Assembly (NCBI GenBank): GCA_965207115.1
Contig: CBDBLR010000003.1
Location: 649,379-713,378 of the forward strand
Direction of reading: 5' to 3'
Source of the DNA: Dehalococcoidia bacterium
Lineage (GTDB): Bacteria > Chloroflexota > Dehalococcoidia > UBA6926
Length of the DNA stretch: 64,000 bases
Made by a program: the position numbers and the translations under genes. Below are positions 41,048 to 51,200 of the stretch, one piece after another. The notes beneath the pieces were generated by a model. The model searched no databases. It was not told where the DNA came from and saw nothing but the letters and a program-made list of their open reading frames with translations. Numbering within the stretch: the stretch's first letter is position 1; the number at the start of each line of letters is the position of its first letter.

Positions 41048-41889
41048 AGTCGTACCGCCAACCCGACTTTCTCGCGGGTTGACAGGCCAACCCGACCTTC
41101 AAAGACGTTGTAGTTCCTTGCTTCGATTCTATCGAGGACGCGGCCATAGAGTCCGCCGAGGACGGCAGGGAAGGCGCGTGTACGGACTGGCAGGAGCTTG
41201 AGCAGCCGCTTTCCGCGCTCGAAATACTCCCTGGCGCGAGCCACCTCAAACTCCATCAGGCTGCGAAACTGGTCGTTCACCGTGCCCGCAAGCAAGTCTT
41301 CCTCGCTGTAACCGAATTGCCGCAGGTCCTCCTGTGGGATGTAGATGCGACCGCGCTCGGCATCCTCACGCACGTCGCGCAGGATATTTGTGAGCTGCAT
41401 TGCGAGACCGAGGTCGATGGCGTATTCGCGGGCTCGCTGATCCGTGTATCCCATGATCTGGATACAGATTAGGCCAACGACGGATGCAACGCGATAGCAA
41501 TACGTAGCGAGGTCCTCAAAGGTCTCATATCGAGAGATGGTGAGGTCCATCTCAACGCCGCGCGCCACTTCAATCAGATCTTCGTAGGGGATGCCATACT
41601 CCGCGGCGGCATGTGCCAACGCCTCAAAGACTGGCCCGTCGGGATTCCCGGAACGCGCCTCCTCAAGCAAACCGTCGATGCCCTGGATCCGCCTCGTCTT
41701 TTCGTCGATCGGCAGGTCATCGTCGGATAGATCATCGCAGAGGCGGCAGTAGGCGTAGGCGGCGTACATGGCGCGTCGTCGTTGGCGGGGCAGGGTGACG
41801 AACGCATAGTAGAAATTGCCCGCCGCCTCGCGCGTAATTCTGCGGCAATGTTCGTATGCCTCAAGGGGTGGGGTGGTTAGCGGTGACAT
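40999..41889 (-). CDS. hpnD: squalene/phytoene synthase family protein, presqualene diphosphate synthase-like
   Basis: Trans-isoprenyl diphosphate synthase head-to-head fold with aspartate-rich YCRLCDDLSDD and second Asp-rich motif. Confidence 0.65.
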   Translation of the reverse strand: MSPLTTPPLEAYEHCRRITREAAGNFYYAFVTLPRQRRRAMYAAYAYCRLCDDLSDDDLPIDEKTRRIQGIDGLLEEARSGNPDGPVFEALAHAAAEYGIPYEDLIEVARGVEMDLTISRYETFEDLATYCYRVASVVGLICIQIMGYTDQRAREYAIDLGLAMQLTNILRDVREDAERGRIYIPQEDLRQFGYSEEDLLAGTVNDQFRSLMEFEVARAREYFERGKRLLKLLPVRTRAFPAVLGGLYGRVLDRIEARNYNVFEGRVGLSTREKVGLAVRLWIQSYIPMERVATAW

Positions 41890-41901
41890 CGCGTTCCGCT
41901 C

Positions 41902-42786
41902 TTAGATCTGCCTCGAAAGCTTCATCTGGAGCCATGTCTTTGTCAGCAGCCACGTCTTGCGCGCCTTTGTCACCGTTGGACGCCGGGAAAGCACATCGTA
42001 GTTCTGCCTTTCGATGGCGTCCAAAACGCGGACGCCGCCCAGCGTGAATAACTTCACATGCAATTTGAAGATGCCTTCGAGTGTATCGACAAGCGGCAAG
42101 CCGTCATCGAATAGTCGTCGGGTCCGATCCACCTGGAATGCCATGAGATCACGAAAGGCAGGGGTGTACTCGCCCCGCGCAAGTTCTTCCTCCGTGTATC
42201 CGAACCGCCGCATGTCCTCCAAGGGAAGGTAAATCCGCCCCATGGCGTAGTCGCGCTTGACGTCCTGCCAGAAATTGGCCAGCTGGAGGGCAGTGCAGGT
42301 GGCGTCAGACAGCGCACGGCGCTCCGGGTCGTTCAGGCCGATCAGGGTCAGATACAACTGGCCAACGGGGTTTGCCGAATGACGGCAGTAGTGCAGCACG
42401 TCTTCGTAGGTTTCATAACGCGTGTTGAGCTGGTCCATCCGGTTGGCTTCGATGAGGTCAAGGAACGGCTGTCGATCTATGTCAAAGGCTGAAATGGTGT
42501 GTTGGAGGGCGAGAAACCGAGGCTCGGTCGGGGAGCCGGAGTAGCACTGCTCCAACTGCGCCGCCCATTCGTCCAACAGGGCAAGGCGGTTACCCTCGGC
42601 CTCGTCGCCGAGATCATCAACACCACGGCAGTACGTGTAGATGGCGGCGACATGAGGCAGCATGTCGTCCGGCATGAGGCGGGACGCGACGGAGAAATTC
42701 TCGTAGTGCGACCGCGCGATGGCGATGCACTCGCGGTAGGCGGACTCAAGTGAGGCGGGAACCTGGGCCGCCTCGCGCGTCCGCAT
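41902..42786 (-). CDS. hpnC: squalene/phytoene synthase family protein, hydroxysqualene synthase-like
   Basis: Second squalene-synthase-like paralogue (YTYCRGVDDLGDE Asp-rich motif) directly upstream of the hpnD-like gene. Confidence 0.65.
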   Translation of the reverse strand: MRTREAAQVPASLESAYRECIAIARSHYENFSVASRLMPDDMLPHVAAIYTYCRGVDDLGDEAEGNRLALLDEWAAQLEQCYSGSPTEPRFLALQHTISAFDIDRQPFLDLIEANRMDQLNTRYETYEDVLHYCRHSANPVGQLYLTLIGLNDPERRALSDATCTALQLANFWQDVKRDYAMGRIYLPLEDMRRFGYTEEELARGEYTPAFRDLMAFQVDRTRRLFDDGLPLVDTLEGIFKLHVKLFTLGGVRVLDAIERQNYDVLSRRPTVTKARKTWLLTKTWLQMKLSRQI

Positions 42787-43301
42787 TATTTCTCTCCCTG
42801 AACTCCCATGACCTGGACGACCAGGCGGCGGGGCCGAGGTCGATCCAACTCAATGAAGAAGATCCGCTGGTACATGCCGAATCTAAGCCGCTTGTCGAGG
42901 ATGGGAATCGTTTCGCTGGTTCCCATGATGATCTGCTGGCAATGGGCATGACCATTGGGGGGTTCATCGTCGTTCATGTTGACGGTGCGAATCTCGAAAT
43001 CATTGTGTAGATAGCCGCCCTCACGAGGGGCGAAATGCTCAAGGATGTGGCTCACATCTTCAAGAAGCAACGGCTCCATCTCATTGATAACGACGGCGGC
43101 CGTGCTGTGCGTGGAATAGACCACGACGGTCCCGAATTCGATACCTGTTTCTTCAACGATGTCTTGAACCCAATCAGTCACATCCACAAATTCAGGCGCC
43201 TGGCTTGACTGGATTTCGATTGTGTAGGAATAAACCTGGTATTTGCCCTCACCGACAAGGCCGCCTCGCTGAGCGCCAGTTGTAGATGCTCGTGCTTCCA
43301 T
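42786..43301 (-). CDS. yjbQ: YjbQ/UPF0047 family protein (secondary thiamine-phosphate synthase-like)
   Basis: VVYSTHSTAAVVINE...HNDFE...GHAHCQQIIMGTSETIPI...LRFGMYQRIFFIELD matches the YjbQ core. Start position uncertain; ORF-maximal start would be 43409. Confidence 0.6.
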   Translation of the reverse strand: MEARASTTGAQRGGLVGEGKYQVYSYTIEIQSSQAPEFVDVTDWVQDIVEETGIEFGTVVVYSTHSTAAVVINEMEPLLLEDVSHILEHFAPREGGYLHNDFEIRTVNMNDDEPPNGHAHCQQIIMGTSETIPILDKRLRFGMYQRIFFIELDRPRPRRLVVQVMGVQGEK

Positions 43302-43444
43302 AGCGTTCTCCAATCTGTGGGCAAGCTGAACTGTTCTACAGTCAAGAATACAGCGGCATGCGCGATTTTCAAAACCTTGTTCTTGAATTTGTTGGATTCT
43401 CGGTTCCATAATGGCTTCGTCATCGGAGAGAGGGGTATTCCGTC

Positions 43445-44584
43445 ATGATTGAATGGCTTGGTATCGAGCACCTCTTCGAACTTACCGGCGCTGAGGCCGT
43501 GGCGGGATTCTTCACGCCACTCGCTATCTTCGCCGCGTTCTTTGTGGCGCAGTTCATCCTGCCGGGCAGGAAAGTCCCCGGGTACGTCACGGATTCTGAG
43601 ACAGGGCAGCCGCGCAACTACCGACTGAACGGCATCCTCGTCTTCATCCTGGCAGTCGCCATCTGGGCAACTGAGATCACAGGAATGCCGCGTGACTGGT
43701 TTTATCGGTCATCCCTGTACGCCATCGCCGGCGGCACGGTCTTCACATTGATCATGTCCATCGCGGCGGTCTACAGCCAGCCGAAGGGTGACATCAACAA
43801 CCCGCTCCTCGCGTTATGGGAAGGGCGGGCGCGGGAGATATCCCTCTTCGGAGAACGCGTCGATATCAAGATGTATTTCTACGTGGTCGGCGGCACCATG
43901 TTGTCGCTCAACGCCATGTCCGGCGCGGCGTGGCATTACGACCAATTCGGGAGCGAATTCAACCCGGGCGTCTTCCTCTATGCAGCTTTCTTCACGTTCT
44001 ACGTGTTCGACTACTTCATCTTTGAGCGCGTCCAGCTCTACACCTACGATCTGATCTATGAGCGGATGGGATTCAAGATGTTCTGGGGCGGCATCGTCAT
44101 CTACGGCTGGGTTTTCATCCTGCCGCTATGGGGCATGGCCGCGCACCCGCACCCCGGCTTCTCGACCTTCTGGACATACTTCTGGCTCATCGGCGCTACG
44201 GCGCTCTTCCTCTTAGGCTGGAGCATCGGCCGCGGCGCGAACCTCCAGAAATACACCTTTAAGCGTTGGCCGGATCGCAAGTTCCTCGGGATCATCCAAC
44301 CGAAGTACATTGAGGCCGGAGATCGCAAGATACTCTACACAGGCCTCTGGGGCGTTGCCCGCCACTTCAACTACATGGGCGAGGGATTCTTGTCCTTCGC
44401 CGTCGGCCTCTCATTCGGCCACTTCCTGAATCCGTGGGCGTGGGCATACTTCGTCTTTGTTGTGTCGTTCTTCACGTGGCGGCAGCGCAGTGATGAGGCA
44501 CATTGCGAAGAGAAGTACGGCGCCGAGAAATGGGCTGAATACAAGTCCCGCGTCAAGTGGCGAATCATGCCCGGGATCTACTGA
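43445..44584 (+). CDS. ERG4/ERG24 (delta14/delta24(28)-sterol reductase) family polytopic membrane reductase homologue
   Basis: C-terminal GLWGVARHFNYMGE (RHPNY-type motif) and the very C-terminal HCEEKYG...YKSRVKWRIMPGIY closely match the ERG4/ERG24/DHCR7 family C-terminus; about 8-9 TM helices. Confidence 0.7.
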   Translation: MIEWLGIEHLFELTGAEAVAGFFTPLAIFAAFFVAQFILPGRKVPGYVTDSETGQPRNYRLNGILVFILAVAIWATEITGMPRDWFYRSSLYAIAGGTVFTLIMSIAAVYSQPKGDINNPLLALWEGRAREISLFGERVDIKMYFYVVGGTMLSLNAMSGAAWHYDQFGSEFNPGVFLYAAFFTFYVFDYFIFERVQLYTYDLIYERMGFKMFWGGIVIYGWVFILPLWGMAAHPHPGFSTFWTYFWLIGATALFLLGWSIGRGANLQKYTFKRWPDRKFLGIIQPKYIEAGDRKILYTGLWGVARHFNYMGEGFLSFAVGLSFGHFLNPWAWAYFVFVVSFFTWRQRSDEAHCEEKYGAEKWAEYKSRVKWRIMPGIY

Positions 44585-44938
44585 CGGAGCAGGACGCTGC
44601 CGTGTGAAATGGACTTCCGGCCACGACGAACCGGGGTGGACGAGTTCAGCGAATTTCCTCTTAAGGGGACCGCTCTTCGGATTCTCTCTGCGTGATGCCT
44701 CGCGGGCGAAGGCCGGTGGGGGTGTCCACGAAGTAAGACTCTGCTATTCTGATTGAGAGCGCCTCCATAAGCAGGTCACGCGGCCAATGATTCGACGCTA
44801 ATCCAGCAGGTCGCGAGCGCGCGCGCCGCGTGAGACCGTCTCGGTTTCTGTGAGGTCATAGATGGTCGGGCGAAGTCCTTGACATTCGTGGTATTTCGCT
44901 TGAGGATTGAAAGAGAGCGTTGGGGTGAGGTGAAAGGA

Positions 44939-46072
44939 ATGGGTATGATGCCAGCCTTGTCTAAGTATGTGAAAGCAATTGAGCCTACGCGAAGCTGGGT
45001 GATGATTGCGGCTATCTCGGCCTTTGCGATAGTCACAGTCCTCGCAGCTTCTGCATGTGAAGGAGCTACAGGGGCTCAAGGACCTCAGGGTGAAGCCGGA
45101 CCGGCAGGAGCTCAAGGACCGCAGGGCGTGGCAGGACCCCAGGGCGAGGCAGGACCGTCAGGACCCCAGGGTGTGGCAGGAACGGCAGGAGCCACAGGAC
45201 CTCAAGGACCACAGGGAGACCCGGGTGGCCCTCAAGGGCCGCGTGGTGCAACCGGTCCGACAGGGCCGGAAGGACCGGAAGGACCGCAGGGTGAGACTGG
45301 ACCTTTGGGACCAGTTGGACCCATAGGGCCGACAGGAGCCACCGGACCTCAGGGCCAGACTGGACCTCAGGGCATTCAAGGACCTGTTGGACCTTCAGGC
45401 GGACCTGAAGGACCGCAGGGCGAGCAGGGGCCAGTCGGACCTCAGGGACCAATTGGACCTCGCGGCGCACAGGGTGAAGCAGGCCCACAAGGCCCACAAG
45501 GCATACAAGGTGATAGGGGTCCACAAGGACTGGTAGGACCCACCGGACCTGAGGGACCGGAAGGTGCGCAAGGGGCGATAGGCCCAACCGGACCTGAGGG
45601 ACCAAGGGGCGAACAAGGCGATGCAGGGCCAATAGGCCCCGAAGGGCCCCAGGGACCGGAAGGTCCTCTAGGACCCCAGGGCGCGGAAGGACAGCGAGGG
45701 CCGCAAGGTGAGGCTGGACAACGCGGAGCGACTGGTGCGACTGGTGCGCCAGGTCCCCATGGACCTCAGGGCGAACAGGGCCCGGCCGGAGTAGCCGACC
45801 TTCGAATTGCGCGATCCCAGAGCTCATCGAACAGCGAAGACGACAAGACTGAATCCGTCCTCTGCTCGACAGTTGGCTCAGGCTTCTCTGCAGTCTCCGG
45901 CGGCGCGGTCGTAGACTCCTCAAATGATGGCGTAGCCATCGTAGAGTCCCGCCCGGTTGGAGTGGTTGGCGGAGTGCCCACAGGATGGGAAGCAAGCGCC
46001 ACAGAGATGAATGATGTCACTGGCAACTGGACACTCACTGTCTACGCAGTGTGCGCCATGGTAGCAGGGTAA
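44939..46072 (+). CDS. collagen-like triple-helix repeat protein with N-terminal membrane anchor/signal and ~93-aa non-collagenous C-terminal domain
   Basis: About 240 aa of uninterrupted Gly-X-Y triplets rich in Pro/Gln/Glu ([16 protein letters not shown]...), hydrophobic N-terminus, ATG at 44939 preceded by a purine-rich (aggtga) RBS-like sequence. Confidence 0.8.
   Translation: MGMMPALSKYVKAIEPTRSWVMIAAISAFAIVTVLAASACEGATGAQGPQGEAGPAGAQGPQGVAGPQGEAGPSGPQGVAGTAGATGPQGPQGDPGGPQGPRGATGPTGPEGPEGPQGETGPLGPVGPIGPTGATGPQGQTGPQGIQGPVGPSGGPEGPQGEQGPVGPQGPIGPRGAQGEAGPQGPQGIQGDRGPQGLVGPTGPEGPEGAQGAIGPTGPEGPRGEQGDAGPIGPEGPQGPEGPLGPQGAEGQRGPQGEAGQRGATGATGAPGPHGPQGEQGPAGVADLRIARSQSSSNSEDDKTESVLCSTVGSGFSAVSGGAVVDSSNDGVAIVESRPVGVVGGVPTGWEASATEMNDVTGNWTLTVYAVCAMVAG
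45062..45790 (+). repeat. Gly-X-Y collagen-like coding repeat (~80 triplets)
   Basis: Period-9-nt ggN ccN NNN repetition visible directly in the nucleotide sequence; it also generates a 309-aa artefactual antisense ORF. Confidence 0.8.
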
Positions 46073-46155
46073 ACCGGCCAGGCGACAGAAAAGCAACCGT
46101 AAAGAGAGGGATGCTTAATCGATCGATTCGATGAAGCCACCTTGAAGACTTGAAA

Positions 46156-46200
46156 GGGGCCGCTCCCATCAACTGGGAGCGGCCCCTTCGCTTTTGTCTT
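46156..46200 (+). terminator. rho-independent terminator downstream of the collagen-like gene
   Basis: ggggccgctccc-atcaact-gggagcggcccc stem-loop followed by ttcgcttttgtctt. Confidence 0.5.
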
Positions 46201-46445
46201 ACCGCCCTCGGCATGCTCTTTCGTCTGCGACGTCTCATTTTCATGTGATGTTGGGGTTGCGATGGAAGGCGTCACGAAGAGAAGTGCAGAACCCAGGCGC
46301 CTCTGACGTTGCCTGACACCTGCCTGCATGGACAATCCGTGCCAAGTGCGTTAACATCGGCAAACGTTTGCCTCCTCATTTCCGATGCTCGGCACAAGGA
46401 TGTCGGGCTTCGGACGAGGAACGGATTGGGGGAGTGACAATATCT

Positions 46446-47408
46446 ATGACAAGCAACGGAATGCACATGAATGGCAGCCGGCCTGCTACGTTTGTTCCCG
46501 GTGGGGATGTGGTCTGCTTTGGTTTACTGACCCACTGTCTTCTACTCAGGGTCGACGAACTGCCCGAGCACAATGGCGGAGTGCCAATTTTAGACTCAAT
46601 GGAATCCCTGGGTGATGATGCCGCCATCGCTGCGAGCATCTTGACTCGGTGGGACGTTCCAACGCGGCTCATCACTTCACCTACCGGAAATGACAGCCGT
46701 GGCGAGAGAGTGCGGGAACATCTCGACGCTTGGGGCGTGAATGTCCGCCAGGACATCAAGGACGGTTGGCCGACTCCGTTCGAGGTGTCGATCATAGATC
46801 CTGACGGTGGCCGAACGTATTTCCAGAGAAGAGATCCGGAATCTATGGCCGAACTAAGGCCGCCGGATTCTTCCCAGCTCAACAACGCGGGACTACTCTA
46901 CGTCGATTGGTATGACGGCCCCAGCGTTGTTCATGCCGTGCGGGACGCCGTTTCTCAGGACGTGCCCGTCTATCTCAACCTGGAATCCCAATACGACGGT
47001 GAATCGTGGATCACGGACCTGATTGGAGAATCCAGCATCTGCCAGGTTTCGCTGGATGTGCCCGAAGCATCCGGTGACCCGACGGACATCGCTCGCAGCC
47101 TGATTGACCGCGGGGTGAAGTTGGCAGTCGTGACGCTGGGCGCTGACGGGTGCGTGGTTGCACAGGGTGAGGAGGCATATCTTGTTAGGCCTCCGCAAGT
47201 GGACGTGGTGGACTGCAATGGAGCGGGCGCGGCCTTCTCAGCCGGCATCATGTACGGGCTGTGGGCGGGCTGGTCACTGGAGAATATCGGACGATTCGCC
47301 GCCGCCTATGCCGGGCTCAAGTGCGGAATATCCGGTCTGGCGGAAGTGCCGGTCAGCGATATCCAGGAGACTGCTGCATCCGTCGAGGCGCAACTACTGC
47401 AGCTCTGA
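46446..47408 (+). CDS. PfkB/ribokinase-family carbohydrate kinase (catalytic GAGD motif altered to GAGA)
   Basis: Ribokinase-like fold with C-terminal DCNGAGAAFSAG where the family consensus is DTxGAGDxF; ATG at 46446 preferred over the ORF start at 46368. Confidence 0.65.
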   Translation: MTSNGMHMNGSRPATFVPGGDVVCFGLLTHCLLLRVDELPEHNGGVPILDSMESLGDDAAIAASILTRWDVPTRLITSPTGNDSRGERVREHLDAWGVNVRQDIKDGWPTPFEVSIIDPDGGRTYFQRRDPESMAELRPPDSSQLNNAGLLYVDWYDGPSVVHAVRDAVSQDVPVYLNLESQYDGESWITDLIGESSICQVSLDVPEASGDPTDIARSLIDRGVKLAVVTLGADGCVVAQGEEAYLVRPPQVDVVDCNGAGAAFSAGIMYGLWAGWSLENIGRFAAAYAGLKCGISGLAEVPVSDIQETAASVEAQLLQL

Positions 47409-47419
47409 CGGTAGCGGTT

Positions 47420-48148
47420 CTAGTTCTTCCTCACCCAGAAGACGCAATAGCGCATCGGCTTGTGGTCGGTGAAGTACAACAGGCCGCCAAGCTTGTCGCC
47501 GCCTTCATCCTCAATCAGGGAGCAGCCGGACTCGTCAAGCATGCTCAGCAGGCGATGCTCGTCATAGAGTTGGAATAGCCTCGCCACACCATCATTTCCA
47601 AACGCCGGGTCGCTCACTTCTGCGATGCCTGACCCGACCTTGAACATCAGCTGGAGGACACCTCCGGGAGCCAGGACCCGGGCAAACTCTGGGATAGTTG
47701 TAGACTCAACGTCCTCCGGTGCCAGATGTTGGATTACGGCGTTGCACAGGATGAGGTCGAAGAATTCAGACTTATATGGCAGGGGCTCTCTCAAGTCGCC
47801 AACGCCGATCTTGTCGGCAATTTCCGGGTGTTCTGCCTTCCCCAGCTTGATGTTCTCCTCGACCGCGTCGATTCCGTGTGCATCAAATCCCCATGAATGG
47901 AAGAGAGCAACATCACGGGCGCCGGCGCCGCATCCGGCGTCCAGGCTGCGTTTGCCCGGCGCCAAATTACGTGCGCGATTGAGAAGATCCATATCGCCAT
48001 TCAGCCGCGGATGAGACACATCGTCGTATTTCGAATGCGAGAATTCATGAGACATCTGGGAGTATCTTTTGCCATGCTCTCTGTAGAACTCTAATGACTC
48101 AAACTGCATATAAAACCATCCCTTCAAGAGATTATCCGACCGGCCCAA
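47420..48148 (-). CDS. class I SAM-dependent methyltransferase
   Basis: Motif I LDAGCGAGARDV and downstream acidic motif II/III pattern. Confidence 0.7.
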   Translation of the reverse strand: MGRSDNLLKGWFYMQFESLEFYREHGKRYSQMSHEFSHSKYDDVSHPRLNGDMDLLNRARNLAPGKRSLDAGCGAGARDVALFHSWGFDAHGIDAVEENIKLGKAEHPEIADKIGVGDLREPLPYKSEFFDLILCNAVIQHLAPEDVESTTIPEFARVLAPGGVLQLMFKVGSGIAEVSDPAFGNDGVARLFQLYDEHRLLSMLDESGCSLIEDEGGDKLGGLLYFTDHKPMRYCVFWVRKN

Positions 48149-48257
48149 CGGTGTAAGGCCACCGCTAGATTTTACATTGACTTAACATTATTGTAAAATC
48201 GCTCTTCAACCTTACAGATGCGCTATTGAATACCTGTTCCGGTGGGGCCAGGTCCGG

Positions 48258-51200
48258 GTGGTGGGTGAAGATAAGATGGTTTTAGTGGAACACAGTGTCC
48301 ATCAATTATTTGAAATACAAGCTGCCAGCACCCCGGATGCTGAAGCTATCGTATTCAGCGATGGGCGAATGACGTACGCAGAATTGAACCTTTCGGCGGA
48401 CGCGCTGGGCGCCTGGCTTCGAAGCTACGGTGTGGGAACCGATGAGCCCGTGGGCATCTTTATGGATACGTGCTCCGAGTACATCCTGGGGGCCCTTGCA
48501 ACACTAAAGGCCGGCGGGGCATTCATGCCGATGGACGTTGACTCTCCCAAGCCGCTGCTGCGGGGCATCGTGTCCGAGGCTCAGCCGAAGGTCGTGCTCA
48601 CCAAGGAGCGATTCCTGCCCAGACTGGTTGAGTTCAGCGGAACCCTGATTCTCCCCATCGATAGCGACCACTCCTGGCGAGAGTACGAGAGCGAAAATCA
48701 TACGGCACGCGTCGACAGCGGCGATCTGGCATTCATCCCCTATACCTCCGGCACCACCGGCGACCCGAAAGGGGTGATGCTGAGCGTGGGAGCAATGATG
48801 TCCTCCTACGACGCCAGGTTCACGTTCAGTTCCTACGATGTCGGTGATAGGGTCGGTTGCAACATCTTCTTTCCCTGGGAGTTTCTGCGGCCGCTGTTGA
48901 AGGGCGGGACAGTGTATGTGATTCCTGATGAAGTCATATTTGTGCCGCGAGCGCTCGCCAGGTTCATCTCAGAACACCAGCTGTCCGAAATTCTGTTCAC
49001 ACCGTCCCTGTTGCAGAGCGTCTTGAATTCTTCAGACCACGGGCATCTCCGGGAACAGATGTCGTCTCTGCGAGTGGTCTGGCTGAACGGAGAGGTGGTG
49101 CCTGCCAGCCTGCTCAGGCAAGCGCGGAACGTTTTGCCGCCAGAAGCCCGCCTGTTCAACACCTACAGCATCAGTGAAACCCATGACGTCTGCACCATCG
49201 ACCTGACCGAACTGTCGTTGGTTGGGATGGACGCATGCCCGGTCGGTTTTCGAATGGATGGCGTCGAGCTTCGCGTACGTCCTGAAAACAGCTCCGCCGT
49301 GGAGATAAGCGGTGTAGGGGAGCTTCTCATTGGTGGCAAGGGAGTGGCGCGGGGCTATCTCAAGAGGCCTGATCTGGATGCCGAGAGGTTCATCACGCTG
49401 GATGGTGAGCTCTACTACGCGACCGGTGATCTTGCAGAAGTTGCTCCCGACGGAATGACCACAATCGTGGGTCGAACCGATTCCATGGTCAAGATCAGGG
49501 GATACACCGTGTATCTCGGCGCGATTGAAGAGATGTTGCGCAGACACTGTGACGCAGCGGATGCGGCCGTTGTAGTTGAGACCTTGGACGAGACCAGCAA
49601 ACGGTTGGTTGCCTATGTTGTTCGCGGCCCGAATGCCGCCTGGAAGCTGGACGCCCGGAGTGGCGCGAGCAGAGACTTGCGAAACGTGCTGGAACGATAT
49701 TTGCCTCTTTACTCCGTCCCATCGCACTTCATTGAGATGGACGCGCTGCCGATCAATCAGCAGACCGGCAAGCTGCAGCGGAAGGCTTTGCCCTCGCTGC
49801 GCAACGGGGCATCGCCGGGCAAGAGGCGGACAAGACTGACCGAGCATTCCACGGCAGCAGAGAGACTGGCGGTCTTGCGCGAGTTGTGGGCTGACACGCT
49901 GGAGCTCAATCTCGACGATCTGGAGGACGACTGGAACTTCTTTGATCTTGGCGGCCACTCGTTGGCGGGCATGGCTCTCACAATCGCCATCGAGGAGACG
50001 TTCGGGACTGAACTGAGCGGCGTCGAGGTATACGAGTACCCCACCATAGGCCAACTTGCGAGATATCTGGAGAATGACGGGGCAGGGGGCGAAGCATCCG
50101 GCGCCACGCTGGCTCAAGACGCGCAGCTCGACCCGGAGATTGCGCCGCGCGGCGACGCTCAGGTGACGCGATTGAGCGAGGCAACCTGCATCTTTGTCAC
50201 CGGAACGACCGGATTCCTTGGCGCATTCCTTCTGGATCAGCTGGTGCAGTCCACGGGGCCGGATACGACGTTCTACTGTCTCGCACGCGATGGCGGTGAT
50301 CCGGGAGAGGGCTCGTCGTCCAATCGGGTACTGGACGCACAGAAATTCTACGGGTTGCCCAGCCAATCTGCAGGTGATCGGATTATCCCTGTCTCGGGAG
50401 ACCTCACTCAGCCCCTGATGGGACTGGGCGGCGACAAGTATGGCGAACTTGCGGACAAGATCGACCTGGTATTTCACTGCGCCGCCTCCGTCAATTACGT
50501 TTACCCCTACTCAGCCTCCAAGCCCCATACCGTTGGCGGCACGACGGAGATTCTCAAGTTCGCTAGCGCCGGCAGGCCAAAGGCAGTGCAGTACATCTCA
50601 TCCAGCGGCGTTTTTCCGGGCGGCGACACCACTCCGTACCTGGAGAACAAGGAGATTGACGGCTGGGTGGATCGGATGGAGGGGGGCTATAACCAGTCCA
50701 AGTGGGTCGCCGAGAGGCTGGTCTGGCATGCCGTCTCGCGAGGACTCCCGGTCTGCCTTTACCGGCCGGGCAACATCGGCCATCACAGCCAGACTGGCAC
50801 TGCCAACCCGAATGACTACCTCGCGATCATCCTCAAGGCCTGCGCCCGGCTGGGCAGCGCCCCTGAAGCTCCGGACTGGTACTTCGAAATGACTCCGGTC
50901 GACTTCCTGGTTACTGCTATCAGCAAGATCGCCGATGACCCAGGTCACCTTGGCAGGGTTTACAACGTGATCCAGCAGAACCCGACTCCGGCGGACCAGG
51001 TCTTTGACCTCATGCGGCGCAACGGCCACATCACGGAGATCGTTTCGTTGACGGAATGGAAGTCGAAACTGCAGGCGAAGGCCGACCATGACGATGACCT
51101 GGAGTTGAAGATGCTTGTCCGTTCGCTTGACTCGGTGGAACCGTACCTGACGGATACAAGCGTCTACGACATCAGCAGATTCAACGAGGCGCTGTCAGGA

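Noticed and set aside
45066-45995. 309-aa antisense ORF inside the collagen-like gene
   Set aside because: Its product is also a low-complexity repeat generated by the reverse complement of the GGN-CCN-NNN periodicity; it has no independent start context. This is a repeat artefact
49032-50477. 481-aa antisense ORF inside the A-T-R gene (and similar long antisense ORFs at 6528-7469, 31567-32946 and 61697-62839)
   Set aside because: The sense-strand genes have clear conserved-domain content. Long stop-free antisense frames are expected in GC-rich DNA, and their products are Arg/Ala/Pro-rich with no motifs
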